Position numbers and translations under genes: made by a program. Of a stretch of 64,000 bases of DNA, positions 34,846 to 46,384 are shown one piece after another; the first letter of the stretch is position 1; every line of letters begins with the position of its first letter. The DNA is from Selaginella moellendorffii (Eukaryota > Plantae > Lycopodiophyta). The stretch spans positions 896,624 to 960,623 of the forward strand of contig NW_003314264.1 of NCBI RefSeq assembly GCF_000143415.4, written 5' to 3'. The notes below the pieces were generated by a model, which was not told the DNA's origin, searched no databases, and saw nothing but the letters and a program-made list of their open reading frames with translations.

Positions 34846-37245
34846 ATGTGGCGCCGGATTGCGCCGCCTGGGAGCCGGCATTTGAGCAGCGAGGTGAGAT
34901 CGAGAACGAGCATTCCCAAGGCTGCGGCTCACAATCCTGGTAGGGAAGTGTATTCGCCTCCAAAGTGCTCGCCGGTGGCGGCCAGGATCATCGGCTTGCT
35001 GCGCGAGGCCGGCGACGAGGATGATTTGGATCGGGTGATCGGGGGATGGAATGGGATGCTTGGAAGGTACACAGTAGTGGGAGAGGTTTTGCGGCATTTG
35101 GGGAAGATCTCCACGATCGTGAGGCTCTTCGATTGGCTGGGCAGGCAAAAGGGATACCAGCACTCGGTCTTCACGTATAACTGCTTCCTCGACGCTCTAG
35201 CCAAGGCAAACGCTGGCCAGCTCGCCTATGAGAAGTTCCAGCAGATGCAAAGGCGTGGCTATCCTCCCGACGATTTCACCTACAGCATTGTTCTTCGCGG
35301 CCTCTGCAAGGCCGGGGAGCTGGACAAGGCCAAGGAGCTCCTCGGCCAGCTACGCGAGAGTGGAGTGAAGCTCAACGTGATAACTTACAGCGTCGTGATC
35401 GATGGCTGCTGCAAGGCGTCGAGAGTGGACGACGCTCTGGAGATTTTCAAGACGATGAGCTCCGGTGGTGGCTGCGTTCCGGACGTGGTGACTTTCAATA
35501 GCTTGCTCAAGGGGCTGTGCTCGGGCGAGAGGATGAGCGAGGCTTTCGTGCTCTTTGAGTACATGGCCAAGGCTGGTTGCGAGCCAAACGTGATAAGCTA
35601 CAGCACTCTTCTCGACGGGCTCTGCAAGGCTGGGAGGCTGGACGAGGCTTGCCGGCTGTGGGAGGAGATGGTCGAGAAGAGCTGTGTTCCAGACCTTGTA
35701 GCGTATACTTCCTTCGTGACCGGGCTTTGCAAGGCGAACCGGGTGGCCGAGGCTTGCGACTGCTGCCGGAAGATGGTCACGAAGGGGAGTAAGGCGGACG
35801 CTGTGGCGTTTAGCACCGTGATTGGGATTCTCTGCAAGAAAGGCCATGCCGAGGAGGCCCAGAAGTTGCTCGTCGAGATGGTGGGAAGCTGCTTCGGTCG
35901 CAAAAGAGTGACCGTGGAGGAAGGCCAGCTAATATCACTGTCCGATGCTTTGGAGCTCTTCGCGTTTCTTACAGAGAGGGGAGTTCCAATCGACTCGTCA
36001 ACATTGCACACCCTCGTCTGTTGCTTTTGCATGGGAAACAAGGTAAGAAACACCCAACTCACCTCTGGAACTTTTACTGATCTTTTTCTTGTTTTTTTCC
36101 AGGTTCCAGAGGCATTTCAGCTGTTCAGGACGGTCAAGAGAGTAACTCCGCTAGCTGCGACGTACAGCCAAATGATTGAGCATCTATGCAGAAGCGGGAT
36201 GCTAGACGAGGCGTGCAAAACTTTCGAGGAGATGATCTCTCGCAACCATCCGCCGAGTGCCGAGCTTTTCAACACGCTGATCCACGCGGTGTGCAAGTCT
36301 AAGAGGCTCCCAGACGGCGTGCTGCTGTTCCAGAGAATGAAAAGCATGAAGGAGTTCTACTGCCCTCCCAACTTGGAAACGTACAACATCATGGTGGACA
36401 ACCTCTGCAAAGCCAAGCAGCTGGACGAGGCTCAGGAGCTCGTGAACGAAATGGCCAACTACGGCCTGTCCCCAGACGTGGTGACATACAGCGCTCTTGT
36501 CGACGGACTCTGCAAGCTTGGCAAGCTGGACCGGGCCTGCGACCTCCTGGAAGAGATGAGCAAGGAGGGAGTTTTTCCAGATTCCTTCACGGACGCCTCC
36601 ATCCTCAACGCCCTGAGCAAAGCCGGCAAAGTCGACTACGCTCTCAGCCACCTGGAGACGATGAAAGCCAGGGGATCAACGCCGGACCTGGTGACTTACA
36701 ACACCCTCCTCGACGGCCTCTGCAAGGCAGGACGTATCGACGAGGCCATCACGTTTCTGGCCAAGATGGTCGCGGCCAAATGCACACCGGACGTTTTCTC
36801 CTACACGATCATCATCACGGCGCTGTGCAGGAGCGGCCAGGCGGCCGGTGCTCACGCCATCTTCCAGGAGATGGTCAAGCGAGGCGTCCTCCCGGACACG
36901 GTCTTGTATCACTCGCTGCTGGACGGGCTGGCGAGGAACGGTCTGGAGGACCTGGCTCTGGAGCTGCTCAAGACGAGCCTGTGCAAGCCCGACTTCGTGA
37001 TGCACAAGATGGTGTTGGACGGGCTGTGCAAGGCAGGGAAAGCCGAGGACGCTTGCGAGGTTGTGGAGAGAATGGCCGACGCTGGCTTCCCGGCCGATGC
37101 CTTCACGTATATCAGTGTGGTGAGTGGCCTCCGGAAGCTTGGAAAGGTGGACAAGGCTCGCCAGCTCGTGGACGACGCGTCCGAGACTCATACTAGCGTG
37201 GAGAGGCTGTCCATGGAGAAGGCCGAGGCTGGAGCGCTCTCTTAG
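34846..37245 (+). CDS. P-class pentatricopeptide repeat protein, with a probable 60-bp intron at 36043-36102
   Basis: Many tandem 35-aa P repeats (e.g. PDVVTFNSLLKGLC, PNVISYSTLLDGLCKAG, PDLVTYNTLLDGLCKAG). First ATG at 34846 gives a basic, transit-peptide-like N-terminus. GTAAG...polypyrimidine...CAG intron signals. Confidence 0.95.
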   Translation: MWRRIAPPGSRHLSSEVRSRTSIPKAAAHNPGREVYSPPKCSPVAARIIGLLREAGDEDDLDRVIGGWNGMLGRYTVVGEVLRHLGKISTIVRLFDWLGRQKGYQHSVFTYNCFLDALAKANAGQLAYEKFQQMQRRGYPPDDFTYSIVLRGLCKAGELDKAKELLGQLRESGVKLNVITYSVVIDGCCKASRVDDALEIFKTMSSGGGCVPDVVTFNSLLKGLCSGERMSEAFVLFEYMAKAGCEPNVISYSTLLDGLCKAGRLDEACRLWEEMVEKSCVPDLVAYTSFVTGLCKANRVAEACDCCRKMVTKGSKADAVAFSTVIGILCKKGHAEEAQKLLVEMVGSCFGRKRVTVEEGQLISLSDALELFAFLTERGVPIDSSTLHTLVCCFCMGNKVRNTQLTSGTFTDLFLVFFQVPEAFQLFRTVKRVTPLAATYSQMIEHLCRSGMLDEACKTFEEMISRNHPPSAELFNTLIHAVCKSKRLPDGVLLFQRMKSMKEFYCPPNLETYNIMVDNLCKAKQLDEAQELVNEMANYGLSPDVVTYSALVDGLCKLGKLDRACDLLEEMSKEGVFPDSFTDASILNALSKAGKVDYALSHLETMKARGSTPDLVTYNTLLDGLCKAGRIDEAITFLAKMVAAKCTPDVFSYTIIITALCRSGQAAGAHAIFQEMVKRGVLPDTVLYHSLLDGLARNGLEDLALELLKTSLCKPDFVMHKMVLDGLCKAGKAEDACEVVERMADAGFPADAFTYISVVSGLRKLGKVDKARQLVDDASETHTSVERLSMEKAEAGALS

Positions 37246-37341
37246 CTTTGGAAGTCATAATGGCAAAGGAGCAGGGCTACATGGCAAACCGAGCTCTACA
37301 TGCGATTTGGAGCTAATAGAAAGACAATAGTTATCACGCTA

Positions 37342-37402
37342 TAAACCCTAAACCTTTGAAAAGGGGATATACTTTTATCGTTGGTATCTTCATAAACCCT
37401 AA
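37342..37402 (+). promoter_or_regulatory. Two telo-boxes (AAACCCTAA) in a short direct duplication upstream of the 37432 ORF
   Basis: AAACCCTAAACCTTTGAAAAGGG and AAACCCTAAACTTTTGAAAAGGG, 30-90 bp before the ATG. Confidence 0.5.
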
Positions 37403-37431
37403 ACTTTTGAAAAGGGTGAGGGGCGAGAAGG

Positions 37432-38226
37432 ATGTGGAGGTACGTGTTTTCGGAGCCAGATGCGCCACACTCGATCAACATCAGCGATGTGAGCTTGGAT
37501 CCGACTGGGCTTCTCGAGTACGTGGAGACGCAGCACCAAGAGGGCGTTTGCCTGGACGAGCTGGCCATTCCGAGCAGCCCGCCACTGCCCTTGACCCCGG
37601 CGCTGTGGAGCTCGCATCTCCTCCAGGGCAATCCGCAGGCTAGCGGATTCGAGGCGCTCTACGCGTCCTGGAGCAGCTCACACCAGGAGCACGTCGCATG
37701 CAAGCAGCAGCTCCGATCGCCCGGCTGCAAGAAGGTGTTTTTCAAGCTCCTGGCGTTTGTGGCGGACCTGGTGGACTACGACCACGCAAGAGGTGCTCAG
37801 GAGAGGATTGATTACTTGCTTCCCACCGCCGCGGGACTGCTCAAGTCCCCTCTCTACTTCACCGCCCAGGAGAGCTCGCTGCTCGAGAGCTTTGTGTCGC
37901 CAAGCGGTGCTAGCGTGGCGGAGGCCGTGGCTCGCAAGTTTCAGTCGGCGCCGCTGTTGCAGGGCGTGTGCACCGCGCATGTCGTGGCGCCGCTCCTCAA
38001 GAGGCTGTTTTGCATTGGCGATGGCTGCTTTGGAAAGGAGTTTAACGAGTTCCGGGAGGAGTTTAACAAGGGGACGATCGCCATGATCCAGCAGCGGAGA
38101 AAGGAGGTCCACGCTTTCCTGGAGACGAGCGTAAAGCCGTCTAGCCAGCCGAGGAAACAAGAAAAGACCAACGCTAAGCTCCAAGGCAAAGACCAGAAGA
38201 AGAAAAGCACCCAAAAGAAGAAGTGA
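37432..38226 (+). CDS. Hypothetical protein, 264 aa, Lys-rich C-terminal tail (possible NLS)
   Basis: Uninterrupted GC-rich ORF with host-like codon usage, lying between two real genes. No domain recognised. Confidence 0.72.
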   Translation: MWRYVFSEPDAPHSINISDVSLDPTGLLEYVETQHQEGVCLDELAIPSSPPLPLTPALWSSHLLQGNPQASGFEALYASWSSSHQEHVACKQQLRSPGCKKVFFKLLAFVADLVDYDHARGAQERIDYLLPTAAGLLKSPLYFTAQESSLLESFVSPSGASVAEAVARKFQSAPLLQGVCTAHVVAPLLKRLFCIGDGCFGKEFNEFREEFNKGTIAMIQQRRKEVHAFLETSVKPSSQPRKQEKTNAKLQGKDQKKKSTQKKK

Positions 38227-38397
38227 GAAAGAAGCGCCAGACTTGGGATGAATGTTTCTTCTAACACTCTATCAAAACCATTTTTTTTAATCAACATTGC
38301 CACAAGCTGGTCGATCCAATCCTAGTGAAGATTTGATGTTGTCCAGGGACTGCTTTATCTCTGGAGATTCAGCTCCAAATTTTTCTCCCCATATTTT

Positions 38398-41300
38398 TTA
38401 GCTCTGGCACCAGTTGTGAGCGTTTTCGAAGAGCTTGAGCCAGGGACTCGGCCCCGCCGGATCGATCTGCCACTCCCTCGGGTACCACGGGAACTGCCAC
38501 ATCATGAAGCACCTCTCCGGGTGAGGCATCATCGCCAAGTGCCTCCCGTCCGGCGAGCACAGGGCCGCCACACCTCTCGGAGATCCATTCGGGTTGAAAG
38601 GATACTGCTCGGTCACCTCTCCGGCGTCGTCGCAGTAGCGCAGCGGGGCCAGGTTGGAGTCGAGAACTTCCGTCAATATCTCGGGCTGAGGGAAGAATGC
38701 GCGGCCTTCGCCGTTGGCCACCCAGATTCCCACCGTCGTGCCTTCCATGCCTTTGAGCATGATGGACGGGGACTGCTCGATGGTAACCGACGCAAACCGG
38801 CACTCGAAGCGTCCTGACTCGTTGTGGACAAACCGGGGCTGTGACTTGTCGCCGCCGACGTCTTTCACTCCGGGAACCCAGCCCAGGAGAGCCATAAGTT
38901 GGCAGCCGTTGCAAACTCCAAGGCTGAAGGTGTCAGGACGATCATAAAACTTTTGGAACTGCAAGACAAGACCACTTTGCTAGACCTCCCGAAAGAGAAG
39001 AAAACGTTTTACCTCGTCAAGAAGAGACTTGTTGAATCGTATAGTTCCGGCCCAGCCTTTGGCGGAGTCGAGGACGTCTCCATAGCTGAAACCGCCGACG
39101 AAGACCAGCCCTCTAAAGTCGCTTAGAGAAACCTTCCCGTCCCGTAAGTCGGACATGGAAACGTCCCAGGGATCAAATCCCGCACAGTAAACCATAGCTG
39201 CCATTTCCCGGTCACCGTTGCTACCTTCTTCGCGGATAACAGCGACCTTGTGCTTTTTCGTCGACATCAGAGCTTGCTTGTTGATCTTTGTGGGCAGTGA
39301 AGGAAGATTCCAGAGTGGAGTGGTCCTCGAACTCAGCCCTTCTTGCTCAGCTTTCACGCAGGACTCGAGGCATTGCTGCTTTTCCAAAGCAAAACTGGTC
39401 TCCTCCCAGGTGTCCCGCAGAGACGCTGTCGGCTCGTCAAGGTATAGTTTACCATTGACGGAGAGTTTTACTGTCGGCTCTGATCTCACACGTCCCAATA
39501 CTTCACAGACTACTCCGTGACTATGAAGAACTTCAATCACTTTGCCCAAGTTGCCGCGATGAATCTGCACAGGAGGAAGTGAGTTAATAAAACGTGAATA
39601 CTTTGGGCAACCTCATAAATAAGTCCAAGTTCCTCCGAAAAGAGCGCGCTGAAAGCCGCTGTGTCTGGTTCTGAAGCGGGAATGTCTACTTCAATGCCAC
39701 AATTGCCCGCAAAAGACATTTCTAGCAATGAAACTATAACTCCACCATCGCTGATATCATGTCCCGCAGAAATAAGTTTCTTGCCAATAAGGTCCTGTCC
39801 GCAGTAAAATCCACATGGTTTCAAAAAGAAAAGCGATGAATGAAAAGATCACCTGCGTCGCATTGAAGGCACGTTTTAAATATTGGACATTAACGTCCGG
39901 GCAAGTATCACCAATCTGCAGTGGAAGTTAGCAAGGAAAGAAAAACACAGTTTGTCTCAGACCTGATCAAAAGCTTGGGCCAGTGCAGAACCTCCTAGAC
40001 GACCTTTGCCACTCCCAACATTAATGTGCAAAAGAACACCTTCATCTCCCAACTGGAAGAAGCAAGTAATCGGATTTAAATGAAAGGGATCTGAATTTCA
40101 GTACCTTCAAATCAGGGGTGACGGTGAGTGTAATGTCTGGACAAGTCACGTACGCACTAATGACGAGATTCCCGGGTGCCTTGACGGTTTCACCACCTGC
40201 TTGAGCAGCCATTGACAAGCTGTCCTTTCCACCGTCTATTGCGACCTCAAGCTCGATCATAGCGTCGCGAAGAGCAACGGCAGCATCGTACATATCTGCT
40301 CCTTCGGAATCAAGCTTTGCAGCGTACATCCAGTTCCCGCTTGCTTTGACATCCTTCAAAGCGGTAACCTGCAAAGTTAAACACATCATAAGGTGTGTAA
40401 CAATCAAGATGAGAGTACCTTAGCCCAAACAAGATTCGTCAAAGCTTCTCCAAGCGCCACCCTAGCCATGGCTGCAGGATTCAGCAGTCCCTGCAAATTG
40501 TCTTCAGAAAAAAGTAAAGAATTTTCAATCTACCTTGATCGGTTGTTCACCAATAGCGCAAGCAGCACCGGTGAGACCAAGATGGCTCTGGAATAACAGA
40601 ACGTGAGATGCCAACAAGATTATCACTAGACACCTGAGCAATGACTGCAACGTCCGCCAAAGGGAGCTGCAGGGGTCCAACAGTTTGCTGCTGAGCTACC
40701 AGTCCGGTGACACATCGATCAACCTGCACAAGGCAAATGTTTAGAAGACTACCAGCTGTTATCCAAAGTATTTAAACCTTTGTCGTTAGAAAACGCTTCG
40801 AGCACACTGATGGTAAACTGAGCACACGTCTCAAGGCATCCCTCACCGAGACTCCTGGCGTAATATCTAGAGGTTCACAAGTTACTGGTTTCCTATCAAA
40901 AGTAAATGTTTTGCGTGGCATGTCTCCGAGAACCTGAGACATGAATGCTAGCTGAACGACAAGAAGAAAAAATCGAACGTTCTACCTTCTCAAGGTCCAA
41001 ATCAACCGCCGGCGGATGTGGGGAGACATTGTTGGCTTCAGCTAGTTTCTGGGCTGCGCTGTCTATAAGAACAATCTTTCCCTCGCCACTAAAACATATT
41101 TTGAAAACTATCAATACGAATGAGTGATAAAATGGAGAACGGTACCTGATTTTTCCTATCACAGCCATGGACACACGCTCCCTGTCGCAAATAGACTGCA
41201 GTAAAGCCTCACTTTCTGGTCTAATCAATAAAGCATCCTTCACACATGTAAACAACGTGAGTCGATCTGGAAAGGAAAACAAAAATGATATCTACCTGTT

Positions 41301-44222
41301 CTTGGTACTCGGCACCCCAGATTTCTAAAACTGACATTGTTTCGTCACCAACAACAATAGACCTTATGTCAATTGTTGCTCCCTAAGATTCACAGATAAT
41401 CCAGTTACGCCTGGGAAGTAATGAGTGAGCTTACCTTGGGGTATATTATCTCTTTAACAACGTTACAGTTTCCTCCAGCGCCTTGATCGTGAATGCTAAC
41501 GATCGGATTATCATCGCCCATTTCTACACAGGTGCGAATTACGCGGTAAAGTTTCTGTGCCATTTCCGCATCTCCTCGCTGGACTGCGTTGAAATCTAGC
41601 TCGGCATCATTTTGGCCACTAACCTGGAACACATAATAGTTTAAGGTAATGTGTGAGGCTGAGCTCCTTACCATGCTAGATGCAGCTCCCCCACCCATCC
41701 CGATTCGGTATGCTGGACCGCCAACCTACAAGTTACAGGTAGGAAAAGCAAAGAAAGACAAATAAAAGCTACCTTGACAACAAGCATGCCAAGATCTGGA
41801 TCTTCTTTCTTCAAATGCTTTTCATCGATCTGAATCAACACATTTGGTTTATTTTTATTATGTATGGAGTCTTACCGACCTGACCAATTCCTCCACTGAA
41901 CATTATCGGCTTGAGCCACTCCCTCCGTTCACCATTAGGCAGTCTCATGCCGAAAGTACGAGTGTATCCCTGAGCGAGTGGGAATCATTAAACCGCTAAA
42001 GGAAGGGTAGCATTGTTACCTGAATCAGAGGCTCCCCAAACTTGTTACCGTAATCAGAGGCTCCGTTACTCGCATCGATAAGAATCTAGAAGAAAAGGTG
42101 CACGTCATGTCAGCTCAAAGGCATTTGAAGGAAGTACCTGAAGAGGAGGAGCCAAGTTCGGAGGATAAGCAAATGAAGAATCTTCCCAGGGAGCAAACGT
42201 TCCTTCAAGCTAAAAACGTTTGCTGATGTTAAGTTTCCATGCTACAAACTCAAATTAATGCAAACCTGCAGATTTCCTACACAGTAACCTGCTGTCGAGG
42301 CAACAACAAGAGAACCTATGCCAGTTGCATGCGTATCGCGAATACGACCACCAGCACCAGTTTCGGCTCCCGGAAAAGGCGCAACCTGTTTGTAACATTA
42401 ATCTCCATGAGCTGCACCAAGAACTGTACCTTACCGCGCAAGGGAAGTTGTGAGTTTCAGCAGTGAAAAGGATACATAAGTCCCTTGTGACAGGTACGAT
42501 AACACATGGAATTCCAGGACGTGACGGAAGGAGCACTTCAGCACGAAATCCCCGAATGGCACTGTTTCAATTACAGCCAGGTTTTTGCAGGATAGAAACA
42601 TCACCGTACCTCGAATTATCTTTGAACCCAATGACAGAGTTGTTCCGATTTGCTTTTAACGTATCGGCGACAAGTTCCATTAGAGACTTTGGCATGGCCC
42701 TTCCGTCAATGACCAGTTCGCCCTGTAGACATAATTGCAAGTTACAAGCCAGAGAAAACTCATGCTTTCCACACCTTGAAAAACCAGTGTCGGCTGTGTT
42801 CGCTGTTCGATTGGGCAATATCAAAGAGTTCCACATTGGTGGGATTCCGTTTGATATCCACTTGAAATAGATTTGTGTAATACTACAGCACAGTACTGTT
42901 CAGAACCTCTTTAGCATTTGCAGACACTACCTTAAGGTCATCTTCGTCAAACGCAAGACCCATCGATTTATTTATCTCCTCCAGAGCTAGCCTTCCTTTC
43001 TTAAAAGAAGAAGAAAGAACATATAAACAAGTGCAGTGGAAAGGAGAATAACGCACCTCCATGACCGGTATAAAATATATTGGTTCCGGAACCACATTTA
43101 TTTTGAATGTGCTTAATGGTGTTGGATATACGGTTTCAGTCATCCTGTCGTGAACCTGAGTGAGAAAAGTTATTAAAAAGGAGAAAAACAAAGCAAGCTT
43201 ACCATGGAACTGAACTTATTTATTTGTAGCTCATCTAGAGGAGAGGTGCCAGGACTCAGATTCAATAGATATCTGCGAGATCTCTCAATACGATCAATTT
43301 CCTGCAAATCGCAGGACTTGAAGATTGACAAGGCATTCGCGGACCAGGCCGTAGTAAATGAGAGTCGAGGTCCAAATTCAAGCAGTATAGCCCCTGTTGA
43401 ACGTAAAGTTAGTTGCAAGGAAAGTACAATGTACGCTAATTACATACTGTCGGATTTCTCAGACAGAGAACTTGTCGAGAGAAGGTTCTCCGGTTCAAAA
43501 GTTTCTTGAAGAAGCCATTTCAGATGTTTAAGCTTGGCTTCTGATAGAGGCGCCTTCAGCGATATGTTATAACACTTTCAAGTAACACCATATTAGCCAG
43601 ACACTGTAGTATATATATAAAAAAGAATAACCTGTTCCGTGTCAATGGATAGAACTTCCCCTGATACGTCAGATTGGACCTGTATGACGCTATCAAGATC
43701 ATGCAACACAGATTCCCACTCGCAAAGAAATGTCCACCTTCCTGAGAAGTTGAGCGGTAGCATTTGATGAAAGGAACGGGCGTCGATAGTAATGAAGCAT
43801 TTCGGGAAGAGCTTCATCGCTTCCCAGAACAATCTGTGAGGAAAAAAAAACGAAACCATCAGCCATAGACCAAACCAAAGATTTCATAGAAAAGTCCTTA
43901 CTTGCTGCTGCTTGGAGGCTACACCACGAGGAAAAGCTCCAAAAATGCGAGAGCTTGCGGACGAGAATGCGCTCTTGCTTTGAGCTGCAAAACAAACTAG
44001 AAATTCTCACAAGAGGAAAGAAGGAACCTTTTCCAAACTCGATCGAGAGGAATCCATACCCGAGAAAGCGGCCGGACAAAAAGCTCTCCGCGTCTTCTGC
44101 CCCGGAAGGATGCTACAACACAAATTTCCCACGAGATTACGATCCGCGACGAGGAGATCGAGCGAATACCTCGGCTGGCGCTGGAAATGCGATTGGACGA
44201 GCTGCGCCTGGCCGCAAGACAT
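38398..44222 (-). CDS. PUR4: Phosphoribosylformylglycinamidine (FGAM) synthase, multi-exon, organelle-targeted
   Basis: Motifs TAETHNFP..VAPFPGAETG, KPIMFSGGIG, IHDQGAGGNCN, GNWMYAAK, AIDGGKDSLSM, GHDISDGG, REEGSNGDREM, GGFSYGDVL, catalytic LGVCNGCQL and MMPHPER. Many short GT-AG introns. Start ATG at 44222 (MSCGQAQLV) is inferred. Confidence 0.96.
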
Positions 44223-44246
44223 CGCGCCCAAAGCTTAAACCCCCCG

Positions 44247-44255
44247 AAACCCTAA
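44247..44255 (+). promoter_or_regulatory. Telo-box in the 72-bp divergent intergenic region
   Basis: AAACCCTAA lies between the two divergent ATGs. Telo-boxes are typical of plant ribosome-biogenesis gene promoters. Confidence 0.55.
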
Positions 44256-44294
44256 TCCAAAGAGCGCATATTGCAAGGATATACTGTTCTTCCC

Positions 44295-45248
44295 ATGGCG
44301 GATCGCGGCGGCGGCCCTAGCGGCGTGGAGGTGAGGGTGGACAGCGATCGAATCGGCAAGGCCGTGGACGCGCTGCTGCGATGGGTCGCGGGGGCCAAGG
44401 ATCAGCAGCGCATTCGTCTCCTGGACGAGGATCAGCTCCTCTATCTGGTAATCTCTCTCCGGAAGATCCCCGAGAGCGCCCGGGTGCGCCCTCACAGGAT
44501 TCCAATCCCACACCCGCTGATAGAGGCGGGCGGGAGCCAGGAGGTTTGCCTCATCGTCAACGACCTAAGCCGCGGGATGCCGCGCAAGGAGGCCAAGAGG
44601 AAGATCGCGGAGGAGGGTCTCAAGGTTTCCAAGGTGCTGGGCTTCTCCAAGATGAAGAAGGACTTCGCGAGCCACGAATCCAAGCGCAAGCTCTGTGGCT
44701 CGTATGATCTCTTCCTGGTGGACAGGAGGATCCAGCCCTTCCTCTCCAAGGCCCTCGGCAAGGCGTTCTACCAGAAGAAGAAGATCCCCATTCCAGTGGA
44801 CCTCTCCAAGGGGCAGTGGAAGAGCCAGTTTGAGAGCGTTTGCAGCTCCACCTTCTTGTTCCTCTCGACTGGATCGTGCAGCGTTGTCAAGGTGGCCAGG
44901 ATCTCACAGACGAGGGAGGAGATTGTGGAGAACTTGATGGCGGTGATCGACGGGGTGGCGGGGTTGATGCCCAAGAAATGGGACAGTATCATGGCGCTCC
45001 ACTTGAAGACGATGGACTCGCTGGCCCTGCCAATTTATCAGTCCAAGCCGAGCTTCCCGCTCAAGATCGACGTGAATTTCGGGAAGAAGAAAAGACCATC
45101 GGGCGTTGGAAAGCTCGATCCTTTGGTGGTGAAGAAGAAGATTGAGAGTCCTCCGAGAACCTCTCCTCTGGTGGCGATGGAGAAGAAGACTGCGAGCTCT
45201 TGGAAAAGCTCGTCCAAGAAAAAGAAGAAGCTCAAGGAGCAAGTTTAA
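44295..45248 (+). CDS. Ribosomal protein L1p/L10e-domain protein (RSL1D1/Cic1-like ribosome biogenesis factor), intronless
   Basis: PHRIPIPHPL..EVCLIVND, KRKLCGSYDLFLVDRRI...LGKAFYQKKKIPIPVDL, SLALPIY, Lys-rich tail. First ATG at 44295. Confidence 0.92.
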   Translation: MADRGGGPSGVEVRVDSDRIGKAVDALLRWVAGAKDQQRIRLLDEDQLLYLVISLRKIPESARVRPHRIPIPHPLIEAGGSQEVCLIVNDLSRGMPRKEAKRKIAEEGLKVSKVLGFSKMKKDFASHESKRKLCGSYDLFLVDRRIQPFLSKALGKAFYQKKKIPIPVDLSKGQWKSQFESVCSSTFLFLSTGSCSVVKVARISQTREEIVENLMAVIDGVAGLMPKKWDSIMALHLKTMDSLALPIYQSKPSFPLKIDVNFGKKKRPSGVGKLDPLVVKKKIESPPRTSPLVAMEKKTASSWKSSSKKKKKLKEQV

Positions 45249-46139
45249 GAAGAAAGTCTTTCCTAAAAATCTCTGAGCGGGAAAGTTAGCAGCAGGAAAT
45301 GTTTTGCAAGAACAACTGAGCTGCATGAACGCTTTAGCAATTTGAAAAGAAAGTGAGTTTCATTCCGTTAGCTAATTTGTTTCCTTTATTTTGGTTTTTT
45401 ATTGGACTTTAAACATAGACCCAGTACCTTATTCAGTACTAGTTGGTAATTGGCGAGCAATGCTAGGCTGTTGGGAACACTTCCACCATCAGAAGAGCTA
45501 AGATCCCCACTAAGTAAAATATTTGGACTGTTATAATTTTGTCACACATCACACCCCACTATAGAAAAGGGAAAAAACATCATCGTTAGTTCCTGGACAA
45601 AAGTCCTTGAGCTCCAGAGAATAAGGCCATAGTGCTTGTTGATTCCAGAAGCAGAGGCATCAGGCAATTCAGCAGCCACAAACCTCACCTTGTCAAGTGC
45701 AAGATCCTGCTCTCTCATTGGCATGTTGGCATGGCCCTGCTCTCCCCACTTCTCTAGTGCAATTTGCCTTACATGCAGAAATCTGAAGTTTTTTCCAAGA
45801 AACCAAAATGTTAAATATACTTTTGCCTTTTTTGCCGGGGAAAGAAGAAATATGCCCCCCCCATTCAACAATCTAAAAAATTCTAATAAGCTCATCTCAC
45901 TGTAGCTCCACCCTTCTATTAATAGACATTTGTTCAAAGCATTGATCGGATTGGTTTCCATGTTCCTACTCTCTCAACAGGAGCATCGATCGGCTGCTTT
46001 TCCAGTGCATCGCAGGCTCTCAATCTCAGCTACAATTACCTGATTGAGAAGCATTGGAAAGACGTGAGCAAAGCCCTCAGTCACGAAAAGAAACTGAGGA
46101 CGAAAACATACTCTCTAGAATCCAATGCCAAAGAGTAAG

Positions 46140-46345
46140 GCTGCGGCTGTATGCCAAGAACGGGAACCTTGCCGAGGGGCGGAGATGTTCCAGAATATTC
46201 GCTACCCTCCTGAAAACTTATTTATGGGCATTTGGATCGTGTTTGGTTCGATGCCCCAGCGCACAGTTGTCGGCTTGCGCTGGAAGCCTCAAAGATGGCA
46301 AGATATTCTTCGATGGAATGCCCGACAAGAATCTCATCATCCATC
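46140..46345 (+). pseudogene. PLS-class PPR remnant
   Basis: LYAKNGNLAEG..MFQ...VFGSMPQR...GSLKDGKIFFDGMPDKNLI across shifted frames. Confidence 0.65.
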
Positions 46346-46384
46346 TGGGCTGTGCCTTGGTTTTCCAGGGAGGAGATTGTAGCC

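Noticed and set aside
35350-37196. Long antisense and alternate-frame ORFs over the PPR gene (similarly over PUR4, the 264-aa ORF and the L1-domain gene)
   Set aside because: Shadow ORFs expected from high GC3 codon usage.
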